Source: an uncultured Hyphomicrobiaceae bacterium
Lineage (GTDB): Bacteria > Pseudomonadota > Alphaproteobacteria > Rhizobiales > CAMYJA01
Length of the DNA: 64,000 nt
Reading direction: 5' to 3'
Assembly: GCA_947258705.1 (NCBI GenBank)
Contig: CAMYJA010000014.1
Coordinates: forward strand, 272-64,271
Shown: one piece after another, positions 1 through 9,802 of the stretch
Position numbering within the stretch: position 1 is the first letter of the stretch
How the letters are laid out: each line of letters starts with the position of its first letter
The notes under the pieces: generated by a model
Told to the model about the DNA's origin: nothing
The model's input: the letters and a program-made list of their open reading frames with translations, nothing else
The model's database searches: none
Made by a program: the position numbers and the translations under genes

Positions 1-495
1 CCAAGATTAAGATCAACTCCTGCGCATTTGATCTGCTGCAGCCCGTTCTATCATCCCCCCGAATGACGAGAACATATTGATCTTGGTATCTTTTATCTCA
101 AATGACGGTGGCCGGCGCAATATGTCCAAATGACTTCCCCCGCTGCCCGTGTCACGAAAGCCACAGTGGCAAACGACCTTCCAGGGCGGCATGTGGAACG
201 CGCGGACTGCCCCGTCCCGCGCATAAAAATGCACAGTTTTTCAACAGGTTACACCGGGCTTTTCGTGGTATTTGTCCACTGATTGGGCAGCCTTTCCCGC
301 CAATGGCGGTGGGCGGCGTCCGAGCTGCTGGAAATCGTTATTTTCATTTAAATTTAACATGTTGCATTCAGACCACGCACTCGTGCCCTGCCGAAAAACA
401 ACGCCACGACAGAAGGTGCCAAACGCAGTGCAAGCGAATCGGAAAAGACTGTGTGGAGACGCGGCGGGGAAAGATCTGGCGGGCCATGACGGGCC

Positions 496-1038
496 CTAAC
501 ACCGTTTCAGACTGATGATGATTTTCTTGAATTCGACGCCATTCGGGCTGATGCTCATGGAATGACGGCATTTGTCGCTACTCGTCAGGCTCAGGCCGGC
601 CTTGACCGTCTCGCCCTTGAGCAGCAGCGTCATGTAGTTAGACGTCGCCCGGCCGGAAACTTCACCTTTTGCGTTATAGAATTTCTCCTGCCAGGAGCCG
701 GAGATCCTGCCGTCCTCATTGATAAAATCAGCCGACCCATCTAGGTTGTAGCTGGCGCCGGCGCAGCGCAGGCTGAGTGCCGTTTCATTGCCCGTTCCGC
801 GCAATTCGTAGGCGAGTTGACACCTGATGCGCTCCCGGTCGCCGGAGGTCAGCTCAATCCAGCCCCATCCGGTCCAGTCGCCGCTGAGTTTTTGAAAGAG
901 CGTTTCCGCCCCGGCGTCGGCGTCTTGAAACGCAAGGCAGGTCAAGAGAAGGGCCGCAGCTGCGGCTCTGGCGATGCGCGCGCCCTGCTCCTTGATCCGG
1001 TGTGCGCGGCTAATCGGGGGCATTACGATCTCCGTCAT
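496..1038 (-). CDS. secreted hypothetical protein, paralog A of 9803..10297
   Basis: 180-aa ORF with a signal-like N-terminus (AAAAALLLTCLAFQDADA). Its ATG overlaps the stop of the upstream RND gene (ATGA). It shares the blocks WTGxGWxExxSGDRERIRC, LRCAxASY, GRIxGSWxEK and a terminal LKR with the ORF at 9803..10297. No family name recognised. Confidence 0.7.
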   Translation of the reverse strand: MTEIVMPPISRAHRIKEQGARIARAAAAALLLTCLAFQDADAGAETLFQKLSGDWTGWGWIELTSGDRERIRCQLAYELRGTGNETALSLRCAGASYNLDGSADFINEDGRISGSWQEKFYNAKGEVSGRATSNYMTLLLKGETVKAGLSLTSSDKCRHSMSISPNGVEFKKIIISLKRC

Positions 1039-3398
1039 GAAGTTGGCGCCTTGATTTTTCTGCTCTGCTGATAATAAGCGAATGTGAATATGATTGCCGG
1101 TAATATGATTGCATCACCGATCAGGGCCGCGGTCAATGTCATCATTGTGAGCTCGCCAAACAGGCGCATCGAATAGAGCTCGCTGAAAACGGTCGCGAAG
1201 AGCCCCAATACGAGAACGGTCGTCGTCAGAACGAAAACCGGGCCGATCCGCGCCAGGGTCATTCTCACGGCATCATGCAGCGTCTCTGCGTGTTTCTGCG
1301 CCCGCTCATATTGCAGGCGCGCCAGAAAATGGATCGTGTCGTCGACGGCCAGACCGAAGCCCACGGTCATTGCAATCACGCTCGCATATTCAAGTCCGCG
1401 CCCTGTCATGTATAGCCACGCGCCCGCCGTCAATATGGGGAAAAGATTGGGAGTAACCGCAAAGGCGAGCATTTTCAAGGAGCGGAATGCAAATCCCATG
1501 AGCGCGGTGACGACGATCACGGCGATCAGCAATCCGCGATTGAGCTGGCCGATCATGTTCGAGCTTTGCAGCGCGGAAAGGGCGCTCAAACCCGTGACCG
1601 AAAATTCGTAGCCGGGCCAGCGGTTTCTAAGATCCTGCAACTGCGTATTCAGCTGTTGCATGATTTTGACCGCGTCGGTGGATGTCAGGTTGGGCAGGCG
1701 CCCGGTCACAAGCGCCGCGCGCATGTCTTCATTGATGAAACGGCTGGTCAGATGCGACGGCAGCCTGTCGATATAGCCGCTGACGACCGCGATGTCGCCA
1801 TTGCCGGCTTCGCGCGCCCAGCGCCGCAGGGTTTCGACCGACCAGACATTACCGACACCCGGTTGCTTTTCAAGTATCCGATGCGCCTCGGCGAGGATAT
1901 TGAGCATGGTTTCGGATCTGAAAGTTGCGCTTTCTGGCCAGTGCACCATGATGTGGATCGGATGAGCGCCGGTCAGAGCCTTGTCAATGGTCAGGGACGC
2001 AGCAACAGCCTGCTTGTTGCCGGGCACTTCATCGCTCAGGCGGTAACGCGGCTCAAGCTGCGTGTGCATATATGCGAAGGTGATGATTATCGCGATACTC
2101 GTGAGCAGAACTTCGAGATAACGCTGCTGGAGCCAGCCCGCGAGTTTCATGCAGGCATTTTCGAGCCAGTCCACGACCTTGCGGTGGACGGCTTCCGATT
2201 TGCGGAATTTTTCCTCATCGACAAACAGCACGGTCAGGGTCGGGATGACTGTTATGACGCTGATGAACGCGATCAGGGTTCCGAATGCCGAGGCGAAGCC
2301 GAAACTACGTATCAGGCCTGAATCGGTGAACGTCAGCGATAAAAGCGCCAGCGACGTCGTCACCGATGTGAGGACGCAGGCGGGCCCAACTGTTTTTATA
2401 GCGTGCAGGACCGCCTCCCTGCGCGTATGGCCCTGGCCGAGCTTCCGCCTTATGGAAAACATCATGTGCATGGCGTCCGTAAATGCGATGACCATGACCA
2501 GGGGGGGGATGACATTGTTGAAACTATTGAGTTTCTCGCCCGCCAGACCCAAAATCCCAAGGCCCCAGATGACGGCCAGGGCCGGGCAGATCGAGGCGAT
2601 TACGACCAGCCGGAACCGCCGGAAAAAAATCATGTTGACGATGAAGCCGATGAGAAAGCCCGCTGAATTGTAAATGATCCGGTCGCGCTTGATGGATTCG
2701 CGTATCTCAAGCTGCATCATCGGCGCGCCCGCGAACTTGACCGTCACCTGACCGTCTTTAATCGCGGATTTCGAAATATCCCTGATCTCGTTAACGACCG
2801 ATTTGAGGCCCCTTTCGGCCCTGGTCTCCTGATCGAGGCTCAGAACATAGACCGCAAGCTCGCCCGAGCCGGTGCGGGCAAAGAACTTGCCCTTGACCAG
2901 CGGATTATCGGTAATGCGCTTCACCAGTGCGTCGAATTTCTCCCCCCCGGGCAGTTCATCCGGGATCAGGGGAGGCGGATAGCCGCGTTCATTGGGTTTG
3001 CCGCGCATGGAAAAGATCGACAGAAGCCCCGAAACCGTTTCGGAGAGCTGTAGGTCGAAATGCAGCGTACGCAAGGTTTCGAGTATTGCCGGCTGCAGGA
3101 GCGTTTTCCCCTCGATGATGACCAGCACGTCATATTCACTGACGGGGAAGCGCTCGCTCATGCTCGCGTAATCATGATAGTGCTTGGTATCGGACCGGAA
3201 CAGATCGCTGATGGCGTCATCGGCCTCGAGGCGTGGAAGACCGGTTGCGCAGACCGCCGTCAATATGAGGAGAATACCCATGCAGATCCGCGGATATCCA
3301 ACCGCGAGATTGCCAAGTTTTTCCAATCCAAAGCCCAGAGACGGCATGCTCGATCCTTCGATCCTGTCCAGTGCCAGATTTACTCTTTTAACCGACAA
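1035..3398 (-). CDS. RND-superfamily exporter, MMPL/COG1033 (HpnN-like) type
   Basis: 787-aa ORF with two bundles of hydrophobic helices separated by large soluble loops, as in MMPL-type RND exporters. Substrate unknown. Confidence 0.75.
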   Translation of the reverse strand: MSVKRVNLALDRIEGSSMPSLGFGLEKLGNLAVGYPRICMGILLILTAVCATGLPRLEADDAISDLFRSDTKHYHDYASMSERFPVSEYDVLVIIEGKTLLQPAILETLRTLHFDLQLSETVSGLLSIFSMRGKPNERGYPPPLIPDELPGGEKFDALVKRITDNPLVKGKFFARTGSGELAVYVLSLDQETRAERGLKSVVNEIRDISKSAIKDGQVTVKFAGAPMMQLEIRESIKRDRIIYNSAGFLIGFIVNMIFFRRFRLVVIASICPALAVIWGLGILGLAGEKLNSFNNVIPPLVMVIAFTDAMHMMFSIRRKLGQGHTRREAVLHAIKTVGPACVLTSVTTSLALLSLTFTDSGLIRSFGFASAFGTLIAFISVITVIPTLTVLFVDEEKFRKSEAVHRKVVDWLENACMKLAGWLQQRYLEVLLTSIAIIITFAYMHTQLEPRYRLSDEVPGNKQAVAASLTIDKALTGAHPIHIMVHWPESATFRSETMLNILAEAHRILEKQPGVGNVWSVETLRRWAREAGNGDIAVVSGYIDRLPSHLTSRFINEDMRAALVTGRLPNLTSTDAVKIMQQLNTQLQDLRNRWPGYEFSVTGLSALSALQSSNMIGQLNRGLLIAVIVVTALMGFAFRSLKMLAFAVTPNLFPILTAGAWLYMTGRGLEYASVIAMTVGFGLAVDDTIHFLARLQYERAQKHAETLHDAVRMTLARIGPVFVLTTTVLVLGLFATVFSELYSMRLFGELTMMTLTAALIGDAIILPAIIFTFAYYQQSRKIKAPTS

Positions 3399-3445
3399 TT
3401 CCGATTCGTCAGACTCTATGCAATCGATGATGCCCGATCCAGTGC

Positions 3446-4276
3446 CTAATCGCCTGGACTGTCTGGTGAAGCGCGGCGATGGTTGAGGGGACCCGGCCCA
3501 GCACCCGTTTTCAATTCGTCGGCATGGCGCAATGCATCTGTGACAAAGGATTTAGCCTTGGAGATGGCATCATGAAGGCTTGCGCCGCGCGCCAGAAAGG
3601 CGGCGATCGCCGCCGACAATGTGCAGCCTGTGCCGTGATTGTTATCGGTCTCGATCCGGGGGCCGCTGAATTCATGGCGCCCGGATCCGTCAACTAAAAT
3701 ATCCGTGGCGTCATCGGCGCCATCCAGATGCCCTCCGGTAACGAGCACAGCCTGAATGCCGAACCTGCCGCAGAGCTCTTCGGCCTGGGCCGCCATGCCG
3801 TCCTTGTTCCGGGCCCGGTCCCGGCCAAGAAGCAGAGCCGCTTCGTTCAGGTTAGGCGTGAGCAAAGTGGCGCGCGGCGCGAGTTCGTCGGTGAAAGCCT
3901 GCCTTGCGGCGCCCTCCCCCATAAATGCCATACCGCTCGACGCGCTCAGCACCGGATCGATAACGAGGGGTATGCCGCTTGCGCGGCTGGTGAGATTTTC
4001 CGCCACGCATTCGATCATCGGCGCTGTTGCCAGCAGTCCGGTCTTGATGGCCGATATTTCGAGATCGCTGAAGAGCGCTTCAAACTGCGCCTTGACAAAT
4101 TCGGGCGGCACTTCATGGAGTGCCAGAATTTTTTCGGTATTCTGCGCAGTGAGGATGGTGAGGATCGTGGTGCCGTAAACGCCGAGCGCCTCGAATGTTT
4201 TCAGATCCGCCTGAATGCCGGCGCCGGCGGAGCTGTCTGATCCCGCGATCGTTAGCGCGATAGGTGTGCTGGTCAA
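3446..4276 (-). CDS. thiD: hydroxymethylpyrimidine/phosphomethylpyrimidine kinase
   Basis: Motifs ALTIAGSDSSAGAGIQADLKT and GTGCTLSAAIAA are typical of ThiD. The track start at 4369 would overlap ccdA by 52 nt, so the in-frame TTG at 4276 was chosen. Start uncertain. Confidence 0.85.
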   Translation of the reverse strand: MTSTPIALTIAGSDSSAGAGIQADLKTFEALGVYGTTILTILTAQNTEKILALHEVPPEFVKAQFEALFSDLEISAIKTGLLATAPMIECVAENLTSRASGIPLVIDPVLSASSGMAFMGEGAARQAFTDELAPRATLLTPNLNEAALLLGRDRARNKDGMAAQAEELCGRFGIQAVLVTGGHLDGADDATDILVDGSGRHEFSGPRIETDNNHGTGCTLSAAIAAFLARGASLHDAISKAKSFVTDALRHADELKTGAGPGPLNHRRASPDSPGD

Positions 4277-4316
4277 TATGCGACCTGTTTTTTTACCGGC
4301 CCATGCCGCAAGGCTA

Positions 4317-5123
4317 CTATTGTTCCGTACCCTTTCTGAAAATGTCCTGCTGAAGATTTTCCGGGACAACCATTTCTTCGACCTGACTCAGTATGGGGAA
4401 TGTTTCGAGCAACCATTGTCCCATCCAGTTAATCGATCCGGTCATGAATAATATACCCGTGATGACCAGCAATACGCCCATAAGCTTTTCAACCGATCCG
4501 AGATGTTTGCGGAAGCGGGACATGAAACTGAGAAAGGGGCGGATGGCGATGGCGGCAAGTATGAAGGGAATTCCCAGTCCCAGGGAATAAGCAAGGAGCA
4601 TGGTCATGCCGGTATTCAGACTTGCCTCATTGGCGGCCATGGCGAGTACGGCCGCGAGAACCGGCCCGACGCAGGGCGTCCAGCCAAATGCAAATGCAAG
4701 GCCGATGACATAGGCGCCGATATAGCTCGCGGGCTGGGCGCTCGCGTGATAGCGCGCTTCCCGGTAGAGCAGCGGTATTCTGATTACGCCGAGGAAATGC
4801 AATCCGAATATCGTGATGACTGCGCCAGCGACCAGTGCAAGTTCGCTCTTATAGGTCTGAATCAACTGTCCGAAAGCGGAAGCGCCCGCGCCCAAAGCCA
4901 TGAACACGGTGGTGAAGCCGAGAACGAAAAAAACGGAGGCTATGATAATCCTGCGATAAATATAGGAGTCGACGCCTTCGCCATCCTCGCCAGTCATCTG
5001 ATCGAGCGTGGACCCGCCCAGAAACCCCAGATAGGGCGGCACCAATGGAAGCACACAGGGGCTCAGAAAACTTATGAGCCCGGCCATAGCAATGGCAAAG
5101 TAGATGTAAACGTCTGCAAGCAT
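4317..5123 (-). CDS. ccdA: CcdA/DsbD-family thiol-disulfide transporter (cytochrome c biogenesis; SoxV-like)
   Basis: 268-aa polytopic membrane ORF with the two family cysteine motifs CVLPLVPP and WTPCVGP. Confidence 0.85.
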   Translation of the reverse strand: MLADVYIYFAIAMAGLISFLSPCVLPLVPPYLGFLGGSTLDQMTGEDGEGVDSYIYRRIIIASVFFVLGFTTVFMALGAGASAFGQLIQTYKSELALVAGAVITIFGLHFLGVIRIPLLYREARYHASAQPASYIGAYVIGLAFAFGWTPCVGPVLAAVLAMAANEASLNTGMTMLLAYSLGLGIPFILAAIAIRPFLSFMSRFRKHLGSVEKLMGVLLVITGILFMTGSINWMGQWLLETFPILSQVEEMVVPENLQQDIFRKGTEQ

Positions 5124-5341
5124 TCCGAGATACCCTTTCGAAGAATTCTCCGTTTGCGCGTCATGTCGGTCGACTCACGGGCAGTCCCGCGCGCGCATGT
5201 CTCATTCTGTTCCGCGATTCGACTCCGGTCCGGTCCCACCCCGTTCCGGTAATGAGTGCTTCTATAGCACGTATCGCGGGTAAATGCGCCTGGAGCTTAT
5301 AACAATGAGCCGCGATCCGATGAAATTAATGTGACGTGCAG

Positions 5342-5381
5342 AAAAAAGGCGCCGTTTCAAATTTGAAACGCCGCCTTTTTT
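5342..5381 (-). terminator. bidirectional rho-independent terminator downstream of soxA copy 1
   Basis: GC-rich inverted repeat GGCGCCGTTTCAA..TTGAAACGCCGCC (one mismatch), flanked by A6 on the left and T6 on the right. It starts 37 nt after the soxA stop. Confidence 0.7.
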
Positions 5382-5418
5382 AACCTTGTCCCATAAAGGG
5401 GAACTCCGGTGGCTCAGA

Positions 5419-6237
5419 TCAGTTGCGAACCGCAGGAGTTTCAACCGTCAAACCATTGCCTCGCGCTGCAAGGTAGAGTTCGAGGTTGAGATATTCATCC
5501 GAACCCGACTTGAACGGTATTGCCCGAACCTGCTTGTTACAGCCTTTAAAGCGGCGGTGTATCGAGCCAGGTTTCTGCCATTTCAGACGATAAACCGGGA
5601 AGCCGTTCGACTGTCCCTGTGTAAGGGTGTTCATGCGAATTTTCGTACCATAATATTTTTCATGGCAATGGGCGCATGACATATCGAGCTGACCACGACG
5701 CTGATAATAGAACTTTTTACCGGCTTCATAGTGCTTCTTGGCCGCACCGTCTGTTTTGACGTTCACCTTCATACCGGCTGATTGCCGCTTGATATAGATG
5801 ACCGTACCGAGCATCTGGTTCGAGTCATATTTCCACTTCTTCGCCTGCATGAATTTCGTGCGGCAAAGATTGACCCGGTTTTCGATGTTCATGATTTTCT
5901 TCGCTGGTGCGAAATAAACCGGGTAACGGGCGCCAACACCTTTCATCGAAACGGCCGCATCCTTATGGCATTCGGAACATGATTTGCCCGCCTTGCCATC
6001 GACCTTGGTCCACTCGGAGGCACCAATATCGTTCCATGCCATTCCCGGATTGGCGAATTCGTCATCCTGCATGGCCTTGGTGTCAGGCAATGCAAATTTA
6101 TATCCGGAATAGAGTTCGCTCAGGGGATGCCCCTTTGCCGGTGTAATCGGTTTTACTTTTCCGTCCGCCAACGCCGCACCCGAAATGGATATGGCTGCAG
6201 TGAAAAGCACTCCGGTGATAAGTTTGTTAATTCTCAT
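5419..6237 (-). CDS. soxA: diheme cytochrome c SoxA, copy 1
   Basis: Signal peptide, heme motifs CSECH and CAHCH, and the conserved block GFPVYRLKWQKPGSIHRRFKGCNKQVR. The ATG at 6237 is preceded by GGAGGAG; the track start at 6252 is TTG. Confidence 0.9.
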   Translation of the reverse strand: MRINKLITGVLFTAAISISGAALADGKVKPITPAKGHPLSELYSGYKFALPDTKAMQDDEFANPGMAWNDIGASEWTKVDGKAGKSCSECHKDAAVSMKGVGARYPVYFAPAKKIMNIENRVNLCRTKFMQAKKWKYDSNQMLGTVIYIKRQSAGMKVNVKTDGAAKKHYEAGKKFYYQRRGQLDMSCAHCHEKYYGTKIRMNTLTQGQSNGFPVYRLKWQKPGSIHRRFKGCNKQVRAIPFKSGSDEYLNLELYLAARGNGLTVETPAVRN

Positions 6238-6275
6238 TTTTTTCTCCTCCAACGTTTCGCTTTATTCGTTTGCGC

Positions 6276-6833
6276 CTATTTCAAGGTCTTCAGATAAGCG
6301 ATAACGTCTTCAACCCGTTCAGCGGTCAAAATGTTATGTCCAACGCAGTCCTTGTGAACGCGGGTCATTCCGCCAGCCCTGTGGAATGACGGCATGATCG
6401 AATCGGCATCAGGCATCGCTTTTTTGATATCCACAACTAGCAGCCTGAGTTCACCTTCCGTATAACGTCCGGCAACACCGTCGAGAGCTGGTCCAACAGC
6501 ACCGTGAAAGGCATAAGATTTCTGACTTTTCACGTCGCCGGCTTTGGCAAGCGCTGCGATCTTCTTGACTTCATGGCAGGCAATGCAGTTGCCCAATCTA
6601 CGATGGGTCATCCATTTGAGACCCTTTTTGGGATCACCCGCAGCACCCGTGAGAGATGCGTTGATCGCCTTGTCTAGATTCTCACCCTTGCTCAATTTGT
6701 ATTTCGCAATAGTGGCTGTTTCACCATCCTTGCATTTGGCTTTCTTCTTTTTTGCAAGTGCCGCTGATGATCCGAGCGCTACGGCCAATGCCAGTACAAG
6801 TCCGGCTTTTAGCGTTTTAGTTGCAAGATTCAT
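6276..6833 (-). CDS. soxX: monoheme cytochrome c SoxX, copy 1
   Basis: Signal peptide and a single heme motif GNCIACHEV. It lies directly upstream of soxA on the same strand, as in soxXA operons. Confidence 0.8.
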   Translation of the reverse strand: MNLATKTLKAGLVLALAVALGSSAALAKKKKAKCKDGETATIAKYKLSKGENLDKAINASLTGAAGDPKKGLKWMTHRRLGNCIACHEVKKIAALAKAGDVKSQKSYAFHGAVGPALDGVAGRYTEGELRLLVVDIKKAMPDADSIMPSFHRAGGMTRVHKDCVGHNILTAERVEDVIAYLKTLK

Positions 6834-7201
6834 GCTGTCCTTCCTCGATATTTATTTTGCGTTCTTATCGCTGTCGCCGTTTCTAACCGGAGACAGACCG
6901 ATTTTGAACTCTTTGGGTACGATTTGCCGACGCATGGCGATGCGGCAATCCGTTGTAACGAGGTCAGCCAGGGATCTGGCGTTCCCACCCTTCCAAATTA
7001 TGCAAACCGAAACCGTCCGGTTCGCTCCGATTTTTATATCGGATTAGGTGACAGATAAAATTGTTCTGGAGGTGAAGTCAAGTTTAGAATTCTGAATTGG
7101 TACTAAAACAGGTGTGAATCCAACGAAATCACGCCCGACACCGCCGAAAAAAACTTCTGAAAATACCGATTTGGCCGCTCATGGACGGCTTTGCGCAAAT
7201 G

Positions 7202-8020
7202 TCACCTTCTGACCGAAGGCGCTTCGACCTCAAGGCCGTTTCCGCGCCAGGCCAGATAAAGTTCCAGATCCACATATTCCCGCGAGCCATATTTATACGG
7301 TTCCGCGCGGACCTGCTTGTTGCAGCCTCTGAATCGGCGGTGCAGCGAACCCACCTTCTGCCATTTAAGGCGATAGGTCGGAAAACCATTCGAATGCCCC
7401 TGGCTCAAGAGGTCCGATCTGATGCGGTTGCCATAGCTGAACTCATGGCATTGGGCACAGTTCATGTTGAGCTGACCGCGGCGCTGGTAATAAAATTTCT
7501 TGCCGTTCTCGAAAGACTGCTTTGCCGGCCCGTCGACTTTCACGGCGACCTTCATGCCGCGCGAAAATGATTTTGTAAAAGCCGACATCGAGAGAAGCGG
7601 CCCTGATTCATAACGCCAGGGTGCGGCTTTCATGTTTCTGACCCGGCATAAATTGATCCTTTGCTCAATATTGATGACCAGTTTTGCCTGCTTATCATAG
7701 GCCGGATAGCGCGCACCGACGCCTCGCAGGCTCTTTTTCGCGTCGCCGTGACAGGAGGCGCAGGCTTTGTTTGCCTGGCCCTCGACCTTGTTCCACAAGG
7801 CCTCCCCTTCCTGAATCCAGAGCGAGGCCGGATTGTCGAAATCGTCATCCTGCAGGGCGCGGGTTGCGAGGCTGGAGAAATAATAGCCCGAAATGATTTC
7901 ACGGAGCGGATTGGCGGGGTCCGCGGGGCGTTGGGACTTCCTGGTCTGGGCCGATGCGCCTTGCGCTATCAGAGCGGTCATCATGATACTGACTGTGAGA
8001 ACTCGAACTATGTATTTCAT
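7202..8020 (-). CDS. soxA: diheme cytochrome c SoxA, copy 2
   Basis: Signal peptide, heme motifs CASCH and CAQCH, and the block GFPTYRLKWQKVGSLHRRFRGCNKQVR. By eye about half its positions are identical to copy 1. Confidence 0.9.
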   Translation of the reverse strand: MKYIVRVLTVSIMMTALIAQGASAQTRKSQRPADPANPLREIISGYYFSSLATRALQDDDFDNPASLWIQEGEALWNKVEGQANKACASCHGDAKKSLRGVGARYPAYDKQAKLVINIEQRINLCRVRNMKAAPWRYESGPLLSMSAFTKSFSRGMKVAVKVDGPAKQSFENGKKFYYQRRGQLNMNCAQCHEFSYGNRIRSDLLSQGHSNGFPTYRLKWQKVGSLHRRFRGCNKQVRAEPYKYGSREYVDLELYLAWRGNGLEVEAPSVRR

Positions 8021-8171
8021 GTGTTATCTCTCAATTGGCCTTCTCTGCGGGCCTGCTCAGCCCCGTGTAAATTATTGCCGCCGCATGGACGAAGCCTCGC
8101 CCGGTTTCCGCCCCCGGCCCAGCGCGATTATTTGAATCATTGCGCTCAGGCGACGGCGGCAGGCGATGTCT

Positions 8172-8687
8172 TCAGTTCAACGTCATGAGGAAAGCGACCA
8201 CATGTTCGATTTCCTGACCGCTGAGAATTGTCTTGTTGGCGTTCTTCTTCGCCACCCGGTGCATTCCCGCCTTGACGTGGAAGGGCGGCATGATGGTCTT
8301 GGGAAAATACAGCCGGGCATCCACCAGCATCTGCCTCATTTGCGGCTCGGAATAGCGCAGCGCCACCCGGTCCAGCGAGGGGCCGATATCGCCGTGAAAC
8401 GGTTGTTCCTTCATAATGCTGATGCGGTGACAGGCGAGGCAGTTTCCGCGCTTCCGGTCAATCATGATTTGCCGGCCCTTGCCGGGGCTGCCGTTGACGC
8501 CGGTCAGCGAAGTCTCAAGCCCGATCCGGTTGCGCAGGCGCGTCGCAGTCGCGACTGCCGAGCCCATCTGCTTGAAATAGCCGGTTGTTTTTGGCTCGCA
8601 TGAACAGGCGTGGCTCGCCCCTGCAACGAGATAGGCCGTGAACAGGGTAAACATGCCAAGCACACCCCCGATGGTTCGATAGCTCAT
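8172..8687 (-). CDS. soxX: monoheme cytochrome c SoxX, copy 2
   Basis: Heme motif GNCLACHRI, upstream of soxA copy 2. Start moved to ATG 8687 (MSYRTIGGVLGMF, signal-like), which is preceded by AGGAGAAGCGAGG. Confidence 0.8.
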   Translation of the reverse strand: MSYRTIGGVLGMFTLFTAYLVAGASHACSCEPKTTGYFKQMGSAVATATRLRNRIGLETSLTGVNGSPGKGRQIMIDRKRGNCLACHRISIMKEQPFHGDIGPSLDRVALRYSEPQMRQMLVDARLYFPKTIMPPFHVKAGMHRVAKKNANKTILSGQEIEHVVAFLMTLN

Positions 8688-8969
8688 CCTCGCTTCTCCT
8701 TCCCCTTCGACACTTTTCACCGGCTTCTCGGCGCCGGCAAAACATCCTACTGTCAAATGTTACTCAATTTCAATCGCTTGAGTGCAATATGTACGACATT
8801 GACCGGCTTGGCATCAATAATTATCGGTCAAAGTTACCATGCGGCGCAATTACCGCCCGGTGACGCAGCCAGTTTCGTGTCCTGGCTATTTATCGGGGAA
8901 CTTTTCGGCGAAAGCGTGATCGAACTGAAAAAAAATTCGCCGGACGGGATCGGGGCTTTGGGAAGTGGG

Positions 8970-9302
8970 TTATCCGGAGGGAGGCCGTGAGCCCGGATCG
9001 ATGCCGGCTTCGTTATCCTGATCGGGCGTCAGGGCCTCGCGCATTTCCTCGGGCAGGTGCCCTTCCACGTCGCGCAGGCGGTCGTCGATCCAGCCGTTGC
9101 GGAGGCGGAGATCATGGAACCAGTTGCGAACGGTCGTGCTCGACATCACCAATAGAGCGATGCCCAGCACCCAGAAGACTATCCCTATGGGAAAGGGTGT
9201 CGGCAGGATGAGAATGCCGATAGCGAAGCAGATTAACGCCCCTATGAAAAAACCCGCACGCTTCACATGTTCCGTCACGCTGACCGCTCCTTCAGTGGAC
9301 AT
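8970..9302 (-). CDS. small two-helix membrane protein, function unknown
   Basis: 110-aa ORF with adjacent hydrophobic helices (FFIGALICFAIGILILPTPFPIGIVFWVLGIALLVM) and an acidic C-terminal tail. Confidence 0.55.
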   Translation of the reverse strand: MSTEGAVSVTEHVKRAGFFIGALICFAIGILILPTPFPIGIVFWVLGIALLVMSSTTVRNWFHDLRLRNGWIDDRLRDVEGHLPEEMREALTPDQDNEAGIDPGSRPPSG

Positions 9303-9802
9303 TTATTTGTCTGATGTTCCTCGGGACCACATGGATCCGACACTTGCGGCCATTGGCCACAATTTGTGAAATTCCGCCATACCGCATCTGCGTACCATAC
9401 TGGAGACGTCACGGATTGCCAGACATTTGCGTTCGCGCATGGGTCGCGGGAGCGCCTGCGTTCGCAGGATATATGACATTATCGGGCAGAATTGAGAATG
9501 TGGCGCATAATATCGCCGTGAATAACACATATAAATGACCTGTACAGCTCACGTTGCCGTCATTTGGTCCTGGCGAGCCGGGACCGGCACGCACGAATTT
9601 TTCTCTGCGTCACAGCCGGGCAGATCTTTGCGCACTTTATCAAAAGCATCGGCGCGCAGGTAAGAAGTTGCGTATTGTTTTGTTCGTACCAATATATATT
9701 TAATGGGAAAAACCCATTGTTTGTCTGTACGTTGGAGGCATATTTTGTATTGTCACAGGCAAGCGGTATATTGATGTGCAATTGAAAGGAATTTCATTTG
9801 TG

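Noticed and set aside
100-260. GCCACTGTGGC and GGGAAG on the minus strand resemble the B12-box part of a cobalamin riboswitch. ORF 102..515 is a Cys/Arg-rich 137-aa reading frame.
   Set aside because: The upstream AGGGAA..GGTG..CC core of the riboswitch is absent, and no downstream gene is visible at the window edge. The ORF has improbable composition and overlaps the end of gene 496..1038.
7129-7570. ORFs 7129..7389 (-) and 7181..7570 (+) overlapping the 3' part of soxA copy 2.
   Set aside because: They are out-of-frame or antisense shadows of a gene with clear SoxA motifs.
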